The notes under the pieces are model-generated. The model ran no database searches. It saw only the letters and a program-made list of their open reading frames with translations, and was not told the origin of the DNA. Positions 39,286 through 48,752 of a stretch of DNA of 64,000 nucleotides are shown here, piece after piece. Every line of letters starts with the position of its first letter. Positions within the stretch are counted from its first letter, which is position 1. Made by a program: the position numbers and the translations under genes. Source of the stretch: Muribaculaceae bacterium (GTDB lineage: Bacteria > Bacteroidota > Bacteroidia > Bacteroidales > Muribaculaceae); assembly GCA_017454355.1 (NCBI GenBank), contig JAFTDD010000020.1:3509-67508 (forward strand), given 5' to 3'.

Positions 39286-42200
39286 ATGAAGAAAATCTAT
39301 TCTTTATTGGTACTGATGCTGCTTGGAATGAGTGCGGTCTGGGCCGAAGAAGTGACGTTTGGCCCTGACTTTAGCACAGGCAAATGGACAGCAGTCACTG
39401 CTGACCAGACCTATTCCATGACAAGTGGCGACATTACCTTGACGGTAGACAAGGGCGAGTCCACAACTCCTGTGACTCAGGGCCAGACAGCGCAGCACCT
39501 GCGTGTTTACAAGAACGCGAGCCTGACGATTTCCAGTGCCGGTGGCAATATCACCGCTGTGGAGTTTACCATCGCCGGCTCTTATCCGGCTACCCGTTTC
39601 GCAGTCAACGGCACCTTGCTGACCGATAACTCGTGGAGTGGCGATGCCGCATCGGTCACGTTTGTGGCCGCCGATGGCCAAGTGCGTGCCAGCGCCATCA
39701 AGGTGACCTATGGCGAGGGCGGAGGCTCCGGCTACAAGGCCCCGACCATCCTCATTAACGGTGAGGCACCCGCCGCCAGTTATTTGCAGAGCGAGTTGCC
39801 GCTGACCCTCTCCATCCAGGACAACAACAACTCGACGAACTACCGCTTTGCCTATGCCATCAACGGCGATGTCGTCACCGGCGCTTCGTCCGGTTATGTC
39901 TCAACCTCACATGAACTTAACCTCGGCGACAGGCCTGTTCTTGACCTCGTGCTGGGTGCCAACACCATCCAGGTGCTTGAGTATGTCGACTGGGACAACC
40001 AGGCCGAGACTAAGGCTCCTGTGGCCTCGGTGACTATCAACGTGGTCGGCTCCGTGTCGAGCGTGGCTGCGTTTAACGCTCTTGATGATGGCGCAACCAT
40101 CGCCTTTAGCGGTCCGCTGACCGCCATTGCGCAAAAGAACAATTACCTCTACGCCCAGGATGCCAGCCACGGTATCCTTATCTATGGTTCTGTGGGTCAG
40201 ACCTACGAGTTGGGCAACGTGATTCCCGCCGGCTTCAGCGGCAAGAAGACCACCTACAAGGGTGCTCCCGAGATGGCCGCTCCTCTGGCCGGCTTCGAGG
40301 CCGCCACGAGCACCGTGCTCGTCGAGCCGATTGAGATTTCGGCCGCCGACCTCACCGTCGATAACGCTTTCCGCTATGCGGTTATCAAGAATGCCGTGGT
40401 TGCAAGCGGCGCTGTGAAGGATGCCAATGGTGCCGCGGTCAATGTTTACAATCGCTTTGATGTGAACGCTCCGGCTGATGGAACCTACAACATCACCGGC
40501 GTCACAGGTTGGTATGACGGCGCGCAGTTTATGCCGCTGGAGTACGAGGCCACCGGCGACACGCCCCAGCCCACGCTCTACGCCGTGCATATCGACGACG
40601 GCATGGTCTACGGCACCGTGAGCGCCAACCCGATGGAGGCTGCCGCCGGCGCGACCATCACGCTGACCATCACTCCCGACAACGGCTACAAACTGTCGGC
40701 CCTCGAGGTGAAGGACGCCACCGGCGCTCCGATTGAATACTCGGTTGGTACCACCGAGAACGTCTATACGTTCGAGATGCCTGCCAGCGACGCCTATGTG
40801 AGCGCCACCTTTGAAGAGGAGGGCGGCACACCCGCCGAGCATGAACTCACCTACGCCATCATCGGCGTGACGGGCAACACCTACACCGCATGGACGGGCA
40901 TCGGTGGCGGCACATCCGACGCCGTCTATGCCGGCAAGACCGCCGGCGGCAACAACGCCATCCAGATGCGCAGCAACGGCAGCGATTGCGGTATCGTCAC
41001 CACCACGAGTGCCGGTCTGGTCAAGAGCGTGACCATCGCTTGGAACGAGAACACGGCCGCTGATGGCCGCACCGTCCAGATCTACGGCAAGAACACCGCT
41101 TATAGCAGCGCTGCCGACCTCTACGGTGACAACAAGGGCGACCTGCTGGGCGAGATTAGCAGCAACGAGAACACCCTCATGGTGACTGTCGACGGCGACT
41201 ACGCCTACTGGGGCATCCGCTCCAAGAGCAGCGCTCTCTACCTTGACGCCATCGACGTGGTGTGGCAAGAGGGTGAGGTGCCCGAGACGGTCGAGAAACC
41301 GGTTATCAGCGGCGAGACCCCGTTTGAGGAGAGCACCACGGTGAGCATCACCTGCGCCACCGAGGGAGCCGAGATCCACTACTACGTTGGTGCCGACCGT
41401 GCCGCCATGGCCGATGACCCGGTCTACACCGAACCGTTCACCATCACCGAGAGTTGCACCGTGAGCGCTATCGCCGTCAAGGGTGAACTCGTGAGCGAGG
41501 TCGCCACTATGGCCTTCGAGAAGGCCGAGCCGGTGGCTCCCATCATGAGCGTGGCCGAGTTCAACGCTCTTGAGGACAATGCCGAGGCAACCTTCGGCGT
41601 CGCGCTGACCGCCATCGCCCAAGTCGGCAAGTATCTCTATGCCCAGGACGAGAACAATGGTATCCTCATTTATGGCGAGATTGGTCAGACCTACGAGTTA
41701 GGCAACGTGATTCCCGCCGGCTTCAGCGGCAAGAAGACCACCTACAAGGGTGCTCCCGAGATGGCCGCTCCTCTGGCCGGCTTCGAGGCCGCCACGAGCA
41801 CCGTGCTCGTCGCTCCGATTGAGATTATGGCCGCCGACCTCACCCTTGAGAACGCTTTCCGTTATGCTATCGTCAAGGACGCCGTTGTGGCCGAGGGTAA
41901 ACTCTACGACGCCAACGGTGCCGAGTTGCCCCTCTTCACCGGCCGCTTCAACGTTGAGTTGCCCGCGGATGGCACTTACAATGTGATTGGCGTGACAGGC
42001 TGGTATAACAATGCCCAGTTCATGCCGCTGGTCTTTGAGACGGTTGAGCCCGAGCCTCACGCCATCATCCTTGATGTCGAGGGTCAAGGTCAGATCCTCG
42101 TTGGCGACGGACTCACGGAGGCTCTCGCTGGCACCGACGTTTCGTTCCGCGTCATCGGTGATGAGGGCTGGCGTTGCGACGTCAATAACGACCTTCACGT

Positions 42201-43605
42201 CACCTACCTGGGCGTGGACGACGAGCCCGTCGAAATCGGACTTTCCTATTGGACTACCGGTGACGAGGAGGGATACAGTTTCGTCATGCCCGATGCCGAC
42301 GTGACCATCTCCGCTGTCTTTGAGCAGTATCTCTACAACATCGTGAAGGATGTCACCGTGGGTGGCGACGTCGAGGTCCAGGAGACCGCCGATGCAGGTG
42401 CGTTGATCTTCTTCACCGCCGTACCCGCCGAGCACTATGAACTTTACCAGATTGTCATCACCTACGAGGACGAGACGGGCGAGCCGGTCAATGTTGATTA
42501 CCAAGCCGAAGAGGCTGAGAACACCTACTCGTTCTTCATGCCTGCCGCCGACGTGAACCTGCTTGTCGAGTTCGCCGAACTGCCGCTCTACGGCATCACC
42601 GTCCAGGCCGAAAACGCCACTGTCGCGGTCGCCGAGAGCGCCCACGAGGGTGACAACGTGGAGTTCTCTGTCGCAGCCTCTGCCGGCTATGTGGTCAAGA
42701 ACGTCAGCGCGAGTTACATCGCTGTTGACGGCGAGAGCGACGTGCCCCAGGCCATCGAGTTGAGCAAGGGCACCGTCGAGGGCGCTTATGTGTTCACGAT
42801 GCCCGCCGGCCGCGTGACCATCGTGGTCGAGACCGAGATGGATCTGCCGCACCTGGCCTTCGGCGACGTGCAGGAGCAGGGTGAGGTTGGCAAGACCTAC
42901 TACATCGACAGCGATATCGCCATCTACGCCGAGGGCGTGACTGTGGCAGGCATTGGCTCGATGTACTTCGCCACCGACAATGACGGCAACTACCTGCCCA
43001 TCTGCGTGCCCAGCACGCTGGCCAAGACGTGGCCCAAGGCCGGTTTGGGTGCCGGCTTCAAGGCGATGGTGTACGCCCTGCGTGGCCAGAAGGTGCTCGT
43101 CTTTGTTGACGGCGAGGAGATTGACGTCGAGTATGTCGTCGACGAGCAGGCTGTTAACCGCGTGTTTGTACCGGTCGACTACAAGGTGTACCGCCTGCGC
43201 GGCTACGTCCAGGAGGTTGACGGCCAGATGTACCTGAGCGAGTTCTCGGGCAAGAACGGTTCCATCCAGGCTTCCTGCCACCTCGTGACCGACAATGTGT
43301 CGCTTGAGATCACCGACTTCAACCAGGACCACCCCTACGAGTTCATCGCCGTGCCGGCCCTGAAGAGCGTCTATAACGGTGCTCCGCAGCGTGCCCAGAG
43401 CGACCTGCAGAAGTATGAGTTCGTCGTCATCTCGTCGCAGGTGAGCGTCATCACCGGCATTGAGAGCCTCAACGCCGACGACGCCGTGAGCGTGACCTAC
43501 GTCAACATGCAAGGTGCCGTGAGCAACCGTCCGTTCGACGGCGTGAACATCGTCGTCACCCAGCACGCCGACGGCAGCGTCACCACCGTGAAAGTCCTTC
43601 GCTAA
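39286..43605 (+). CDS. Large T9SS-secreted multidomain surface protein (OB-fold repeats, chitobiase/Fn3-like, InlB-B-like repeats)
   Basis: Signal peptide; duplicated domain; 'TCATEGAEIHY'; repeated 'FxMPAxDVxVxAxF'; C-terminal 'TGIESL...YVNMQG...PFDGVNIVV..ADGSVTTVKVLR'. Confidence 0.8.
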   Translation: MKKIYSLLVLMLLGMSAVWAEEVTFGPDFSTGKWTAVTADQTYSMTSGDITLTVDKGESTTPVTQGQTAQHLRVYKNASLTISSAGGNITAVEFTIAGSYPATRFAVNGTLLTDNSWSGDAASVTFVAADGQVRASAIKVTYGEGGGSGYKAPTILINGEAPAASYLQSELPLTLSIQDNNNSTNYRFAYAINGDVVTGASSGYVSTSHELNLGDRPVLDLVLGANTIQVLEYVDWDNQAETKAPVASVTINVVGSVSSVAAFNALDDGATIAFSGPLTAIAQKNNYLYAQDASHGILIYGSVGQTYELGNVIPAGFSGKKTTYKGAPEMAAPLAGFEAATSTVLVEPIEISAADLTVDNAFRYAVIKNAVVASGAVKDANGAAVNVYNRFDVNAPADGTYNITGVTGWYDGAQFMPLEYEATGDTPQPTLYAVHIDDGMVYGTVSANPMEAAAGATITLTITPDNGYKLSALEVKDATGAPIEYSVGTTENVYTFEMPASDAYVSATFEEEGGTPAEHELTYAIIGVTGNTYTAWTGIGGGTSDAVYAGKTAGGNNAIQMRSNGSDCGIVTTTSAGLVKSVTIAWNENTAADGRTVQIYGKNTAYSSAADLYGDNKGDLLGEISSNENTLMVTVDGDYAYWGIRSKSSALYLDAIDVVWQEGEVPETVEKPVISGETPFEESTTVSITCATEGAEIHYYVGADRAAMADDPVYTEPFTITESCTVSAIAVKGELVSEVATMAFEKAEPVAPIMSVAEFNALEDNAEATFGVALTAIAQVGKYLYAQDENNGILIYGEIGQTYELGNVIPAGFSGKKTTYKGAPEMAAPLAGFEAATSTVLVAPIEIMAADLTLENAFRYAIVKDAVVAEGKLYDANGAELPLFTGRFNVELPADGTYNVIGVTGWYNNAQFMPLVFETVEPEPHAIILDVEGQGQILVGDGLTEALAGTDVSFRVIGDEGWRCDVNNDLHVTYLGVDDEPVEIGLSYWTTGDEEGYSFVMPDADVTISAVFEQYLYNIVKDVTVGGDVEVQETADAGALIFFTAVPAEHYELYQIVITYEDETGEPVNVDYQAEEAENTYSFFMPAADVNLLVEFAELPLYGITVQAENATVAVAESAHEGDNVEFSVAASAGYVVKNVSASYIAVDGESDVPQAIELSKGTVEGAYVFTMPAGRVTIVVETEMDLPHLAFGDVQEQGEVGKTYYIDSDIAIYAEGVTVAGIGSMYFATDNDGNYLPICVPSTLAKTWPKAGLGAGFKAMVYALRGQKVLVFVDGEEIDVEYVVDEQAVNRVFVPVDYKVYRLRGYVQEVDGQMYLSEFSGKNGSIQASCHLVTDNVSLEITDFNQDHPYEFIAVPALKSVYNGAPQRAQSDLQKYEFVVISSQVSVITGIESLNADDAVSVTYVNMQGAVSNRPFDGVNIVVTQHADGSVTTVKVLR

Positions 43606-43612
43606 AGCGAAA

Positions 43613-43696
43613 AGTACTCAGTATTAAGTATTAAGTATTAAGTATTAAGTATTAAGTATTAAGTATTAAGTACTGAGTATTAAGTACTGAGTATTG
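43613..43696. repeat. Heptamer tandem array (AGTATTA/AGTACTG) x12
   Basis: Read directly from the sequence. Confidence 0.95.
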
Positions 43697-43707
43697 ATAG
43701 GATAATT

Positions 43708-43750
43708 AGATGCGGGCATCGGTCAACGCGACCGGTGCCCGCATTGCCTT
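43708..43750 (+). terminator. GC-rich hairpin terminator; left copy of the 43-bp direct repeat
   Basis: ATGCGGGCATCGGTC-aacgc-GACCGGTGCCCGCAT; 41/43 identical to 52085-52127. Confidence 0.8.
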
Positions 43751-43821
43751 TGATCTATAGTTCACAAATCACAGCCGGTTTATGGCAAAGAAAGCAATTC
43801 AATGAGATATTCGGTTATTTA

Positions 43822-43903
43822 TTCTCAATGAATTGAGAATTATTGGCTGTAATTTCTAATTCAATTAAGAATATTTCATTATTTTTTCTCAATCTATTGA
43901 GAT
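43822..43903. promoter_or_regulatory. 32-bp-period palindromic array upstream of an ATPase promoter
   Basis: TTCTCAATGAATTGAGAA (43822), TTCTAATTCAATTAAGAA (43854), TTCTCAATCTATTGAGAT (43886); -7 box TAATTTTG at 43941. Confidence 0.65.
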
Positions 43904-43986
43904 TTTTTAGTTTTTTGCAATTTATTTCGAAAAAAAACTGTAATTTTGCACAATCCTAAACAAACACAAATAATGCGATTACAAAT

Positions 43987-45255
43987 ATGAATCTTCAGAC
44001 ATTAAAAGCCGTAATGCTTGAAAATCAACGTGAGGTTGAACGGCAGACTATTATACCGAGGCACTTCAATCTTGAAGATTTCGGTAATTACATCATCGTT
44101 GGCATCCGTCGTGCAGGAAAATCATTCCTTATGTATCAGCGTATGCAGCAACTGTTGTCACAGGGAATCGGATGGAACCGAATGCTATATATCAACTTTG
44201 AGGACGAACGGCTACAGGAATTCACCACACAAGACTTCAATAGCATTTTAGAGTGTCATATGGAAATGTACGATGGCGAGCGACCTATGCTGTTTCTTGA
44301 CGAAATCCAGATTGTTGAAGGTTGGGAGAAATTCGCACGAAGGTTAGCCGACCAGAAATATCGTGTCTATATATCCGGCAGCAACGCCAAGATGTTAAGC
44401 AGCGAATTTATGACTACGTTGGGTGGTCGCTATATTCCCATATATGTTTACCCTTATAGTTTTGTCGAATACCTTGAAGCGACAGAAACGCCGCACGACG
44501 AGACTGACCGTCTCACTACGGCTGGACGAGCAGCCATTAAGAGCCGTTTTGCCGACTACCTGTCGCATGGTGGATTTCCGGAGGGCATAAACCTTGGCAC
44601 AAATCGCGACTACCTGACCAGCGTCTATCAGAAGATATATCTCAACGACATCGCTAGCCGTAACAATATCTCAAACACAGCCTCGTTGAATGTTATGTTC
44701 AAGAAGTTGGCCGAAAGCGTTATGCAGCCAATCTCGTTCCTAAGACTCGCTTCCGTCATCACCGCGACCGGTCGCAGCGTCAGCGCCAACTCTGTTGCGA
44801 AATACATTGATGCGGCGGTTGATGCCTGGCTGATCACTCCAGTGTCCAATATCGCGGCACCGCTCTCACAACGAGAAAGCAGCCGCAAATACTATTTCAC
44901 TGACAATGGCTTGCTCAACTTGTTTCTTATCAACCAGAAATCATCTCTGCTCGAAAACCTTGTCGCCACGACACTTTTGCGGCGCTTCGGCCGTGAGCAA
45001 AGCGTCTACTTCAACTCTCGCCCTACCGGTGAAGTAGACTTTTACATTCCCGAGAACGAAACCGCCTATCAAGTGGCCTATAGCGTGACTGACCTCAGTG
45101 CCCGCAGTAGGGAGATTACCGCCTTCCGCACGCTCTCCGCATCGCTCCCCTGTGCGCACCGCGTTATACTCACCTACGATGACCATACTACCATCTCCAC
45201 CGCTACCGGCTCTATCGAAGTCCTCCCTCTTTGGCTTTGGCTCCTCACCGAATAA
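43987..45255 (+). CDS. AAA_14 ATP-binding protein with DUF4143 domain
   Basis: 'GIRRAGKS', 'YINFEDERL', 'LFLDEIQ', 'SGSNAKMLS', 'KYYFTDNGL', 'EVDFYI...YQV'. Confidence 0.9.
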   Translation: MNLQTLKAVMLENQREVERQTIIPRHFNLEDFGNYIIVGIRRAGKSFLMYQRMQQLLSQGIGWNRMLYINFEDERLQEFTTQDFNSILECHMEMYDGERPMLFLDEIQIVEGWEKFARRLADQKYRVYISGSNAKMLSSEFMTTLGGRYIPIYVYPYSFVEYLEATETPHDETDRLTTAGRAAIKSRFADYLSHGGFPEGINLGTNRDYLTSVYQKIYLNDIASRNNISNTASLNVMFKKLAESVMQPISFLRLASVITATGRSVSANSVAKYIDAAVDAWLITPVSNIAAPLSQRESSRKYYFTDNGLLNLFLINQKSSLLENLVATTLLRRFGREQSVYFNSRPTGEVDFYIPENETAYQVAYSVTDLSARSREITAFRTLSASLPCAHRVILTYDDHTTISTATGSIEVLPLWLWLLTE

Positions 45256-45359
45256 CCGGCCCGGCCAAACCGAGTTCCACCCTGTTTAAACGGATAAACT
45301 CGGACTTACCGCAATAAATCGTGTTGCCGGCGAGGAAAATAACGACAAATTATGCAAAA

Positions 45360-45405
45360 TATGAACATAGAATTCGTAAATTATTCTTAATTTTGCAGCG
45401 CAAAA
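45360..45405 (+). promoter_or_regulatory. Operator + -7 box of the ATPase/effector/WYL unit
   Basis: TATGAACATAGAATTCGTAA-N8-TAATTTTG-CAGCGCAAAA; same architecture at 49830-49875. Confidence 0.7.
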
Positions 45406-45422
45406 CGAAAAAACAGTGCAAT

Positions 45423-47585
45423 ATGAAGACTACGTTAAATATAAAGAATTTTAGAGTGTTCGATGAGAATGGTGTAACTTTCGAATTGAACCCAATCACC
45501 ATATTGACCGGCAGCAATAGTTCCGGCAAGAGTTCAGTTGTCAAGGCAGTCTTTATGCTCAATAGTTTTCTTGCGCAAATCAAGAAAGCTATTGAGAAAG
45601 GAGATCCAATAGAGATTGATAAATACAAATTAGATTTCACGACTTATCCTAACAACCTTTTAGGTCGTTTCGACAAGGTTGTGCACGATGGTTCTGAAGC
45701 AAAAACTGTTACCATAGAATATACGACCTACTCGCTCATGCTCTCAAAAGATGTGACTGTGGAACTTGTATTCTCCGCAGACGAGAACGACGTGCTTAAT
45801 AACGCATATCTCCAATCTATCACGATGAGCACAGATGAGGGCGTATTCTATTATTCGGGCAAGAATCGCGCTTCCTACTGCAACCTCAATATAATCAAGG
45901 AAGATTATATAACTTTCCTTCTTGTAGAATATGCAGTTCATAAGTATTCCGACATAGACTGGGAACATGCCTTTGGTTACGGTCTTGAAGAAGAAGAATA
46001 TAAAGCAAAAATCAAAGATATTATTGACTATCTGCGCACATTAGATAATAAGCGCCGAAGCGATATCTTTCGCTTTGTGCGCCATACTATTCGTCAAAAA
46101 TCCATTATTGACGAATTGAAAGCAGATGCAAACTCATTAGTGGAATTGCAAGGCAAGAAGAGTATATTCGCTATACCAATAATCAATGAATTATCGAAAC
46201 TCCCCAAAAACGAAGTGGGAACGTTCATCGAAACCAAGTTTCTTGAGAATGCTGGTGAAGATTTGATATTCGCCTCTCATAAGATTATCAATGCGTTCAT
46301 GGAATCTGGTTTTGATACATTTGATGATTTCTTTGCTGATGAGCAGACAAAGAAATTTGAGAAAATGTATTGCACGAGAAAACCATCTGCCCCTTCCGAT
46401 TTGCTCACAATAGGATGTCATCTGCTTAAAGCATATAACTTGGAGTTTGAGCAGAAGTATCTTACTGTCAATCCTTATAATATAGCTTACTCCATATCAT
46501 TATTCGAAAATGATGACTTAAAAGAAGACGAGGCGACTAAAAGAGCCAAAAGAGAAGCAAAAATTGAGAAATGGCAAAGCCGCCCTCTTTCTTTTGATAT
46601 GTTGTATGAAGTTGTAATGGAATTGAATAAGATTTTTGCACCCAATGGCAATGGTGTATACACTTATTACGAGCCATCAGAATTTAATCCATTGGGGAAC
46701 TTTGATCACTCCGCTTATAGGCTGCTCTCTAAATTTGCTGAGGTTCTTGTGCAGGAAGTTGTTTGCCCCGATTGGTGCGGCAATATGTCTTATGTCAGTT
46801 CGGCTCGAGCCAACGTAAACCGTCTCTATACGCTTGACTCCAAAGACGACTTCTCTCAACTTCTTAAAAACTATTTCGAAAATAGGCATCTTTATATGGA
46901 GTATGTCAATAGCATTGGCTTCATAGGCAAACGTGATTACGTTGTCGATAGTTTTATGAATCGTTGGATAGAGAAGTTTGAGATTGGTAAAGCCATCTCA
47001 CTTAATATCGATCAAGAAGGCCTTGGTGTGCAAATCCGTTTACACAAGACGGAGAATGACACGGGAAGAATCCTTGCCGACGAGGGCTATGGCATCACTC
47101 AGTTAGTATCTATCCTGCTCCAAATAGAAACCGCAATTCTCGCGGCACAAGGCGAGAAGGTCAATAATATTTGGTGTTTGGAAGCATTTGATGGCTATGA
47201 CACAGAGACTTTCCACTACGAGATAAACACGATTGCCATTGAAGAACCGGAAATTCATCTGCATCCCAAGTATCAGTCGTTGCTTGCCGATATGTTTGTT
47301 GAGGCTTATGAGAAGTATAACATCCACTTCATCATCGAGACCCACTCGGAGTACCTTATCCGCAAACTGCAACTTATTGCAAGCGAACATGGTGATGAAG
47401 ACGAAAAAGGAAATAAAATCAGCGTTAATCGTTCCGATGTGTCAATTTTCTATGTCAACGCTCCTAGTAATAAGTCAAAACAGAAAGTCAAGCGAATTGC
47501 TATTTGTAGTGACGGATACCTTGACGATACCTTTGGTGAGGGGTTTTATGACGAAGCGACCAAATTGTCACGCAGATTAATGTAA
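45423..47585 (+). CDS. ABC-like AAA ATPase (AAA_15/AAA_21) with C-terminal DUF3696-like domain
   Basis: Start MKTTLNIKNFRVF; Walker A 'GSNSSGKSS'; signature 'GYGITQL'; 'IEEPEIHLHP'; 'IETHSEY'; tail 'DGYLDDTFGEGFYDE'. Confidence 0.85.
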   Translation: MKTTLNIKNFRVFDENGVTFELNPITILTGSNSSGKSSVVKAVFMLNSFLAQIKKAIEKGDPIEIDKYKLDFTTYPNNLLGRFDKVVHDGSEAKTVTIEYTTYSLMLSKDVTVELVFSADENDVLNNAYLQSITMSTDEGVFYYSGKNRASYCNLNIIKEDYITFLLVEYAVHKYSDIDWEHAFGYGLEEEEYKAKIKDIIDYLRTLDNKRRSDIFRFVRHTIRQKSIIDELKADANSLVELQGKKSIFAIPIINELSKLPKNEVGTFIETKFLENAGEDLIFASHKIINAFMESGFDTFDDFFADEQTKKFEKMYCTRKPSAPSDLLTIGCHLLKAYNLEFEQKYLTVNPYNIAYSISLFENDDLKEDEATKRAKREAKIEKWQSRPLSFDMLYEVVMELNKIFAPNGNGVYTYYEPSEFNPLGNFDHSAYRLLSKFAEVLVQEVVCPDWCGNMSYVSSARANVNRLYTLDSKDDFSQLLKNYFENRHLYMEYVNSIGFIGKRDYVVDSFMNRWIEKFEIGKAISLNIDQEGLGVQIRLHKTENDTGRILADEGYGITQLVSILLQIETAILAAQGEKVNNIWCLEAFDGYDTETFHYEINTIAIEEPEIHLHPKYQSLLADMFVEAYEKYNIHFIIETHSEYLIRKLQLIASEHGDEDEKGNKISVNRSDVSIFYVNAPSNKSKQKVKRIAICSDGYLDDTFGEGFYDEATKLSRRLM

Positions 47586-47592
47586 CTTAATT

Positions 47593-48714
47593 ATGGGTAC
47601 ATACCGCCAAACTATCTATTGTGATATAGGTTTCCTTGAATCGATATTATCTATGCAAGGCACAAAAATGCACTGCACAGGTCCTTTGTTTTGTACAGAT
47701 AATGAGATTGCTGCAAACGTAAGACAGTTGTTGATTAGCAAAGATGTCAAACTCTATCTAAACATTAGTCAAGAGGAATATGACGATATATTTAGAGGAA
47801 TAGAAAATAAACGCAAAGAAGCCATAAGAGATGACAGAGATCCTGAAATCACATCCTTTGAGGAGCAAATGCTTGACATTGACCGCAAACGGCAAGAAGG
47901 GCTTTTGCACCTTCATGTAAACGCGGAAAAAGTTAATCTTGACGAGACGCTGAATCAGGACAAATTCTTAAATGCCATTTTTTTTTCTTGTGAATCTAAG
48001 GCGGTTTGCGAAAAGGCTATGGACGAGTTTGGAATCATTGTTATCTGTATAGAGAACATCAACGACTTCAAACACCTTATCTTTGACCACGGCATTGCCC
48101 TGCACCGCAGGGAAGAGGCTGATTGGTATCAATGCCTGTCCAAACATGGGGTTGCCAATCCTTGCAACTCACTTGTGATTGTGGACAATTATCTCCTCAA
48201 CGATTCTGCTAGCATTGAAGAAAATCTCTCCAAGATATTAGATGCGATACTTCCGAAACACCTCAGCAATGCATTAACTTTTCAAATCACACTTTTTACC
48301 ACTTTATGCAACGATCGAGGCATTCCATATGACAGCAATAGACGTTTTAATCAAGTAAAGGACATCATAGAGCGGTTGCGTCCCGAAATCAATTTTTCAC
48401 TCTGTATAGTCAAATGCTCAAGAGATAAATTCCACGACAGAACAATTGCGACTAATAACATCTATATAGGTTGTGGTGGGGGCTTTGACCTTTTTAAACG
48501 CGGAAAAGCGCAAAAAACCACGACAGTGTGTGCTTTCCATCCATTTTTCTATAACCATAGTAATTGGTCACACAAAGCATATTCCGATTTTCTGAACGAC
48601 GCGTGCAAAGTGTTTAAAGAGTCCATGCCATTTGATGAAAGTAGAATGAACAATTCTTTCCCTAATTTCACGATAGGAGAAAAACAAAATAGATTATTAA
48701 ATCAAGCTGAATAA
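47593..48714 (+). CDS. Hypothetical protein with C-terminal PLD-like (HDR motif) domain; putative effector
   Basis: 'LVIVDNYL' and 'FHDRTIATN...GGGFDLF' resemble single-HDR PLD-like folds; 7 bp after the ATPase stop. Confidence 0.55.
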   Translation: MGTYRQTIYCDIGFLESILSMQGTKMHCTGPLFCTDNEIAANVRQLLISKDVKLYLNISQEEYDDIFRGIENKRKEAIRDDRDPEITSFEEQMLDIDRKRQEGLLHLHVNAEKVNLDETLNQDKFLNAIFFSCESKAVCEKAMDEFGIIVICIENINDFKHLIFDHGIALHRREEADWYQCLSKHGVANPCNSLVIVDNYLLNDSASIEENLSKILDAILPKHLSNALTFQITLFTTLCNDRGIPYDSNRRFNQVKDIIERLRPEINFSLCIVKCSRDKFHDRTIATNNIYIGCGGGFDLFKRGKAQKTTTVCAFHPFFYNHSNWSHKAYSDFLNDACKVFKESMPFDESRMNNSFPNFTIGEKQNRLLNQAE

Positions 48715-48752
48715 TAACACTCATCGAGATTATTTATTAATAGATATCCATT

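Noticed and set aside
39907-43566. Long antisense ORFs (571 aa and 622 aa)
   Set aside because: Shadow frames of the strongly C/G3-biased T9SS gene; no motifs. The same applies to antisense ORFs over susC, the tricorn protease, ypfJ and others.
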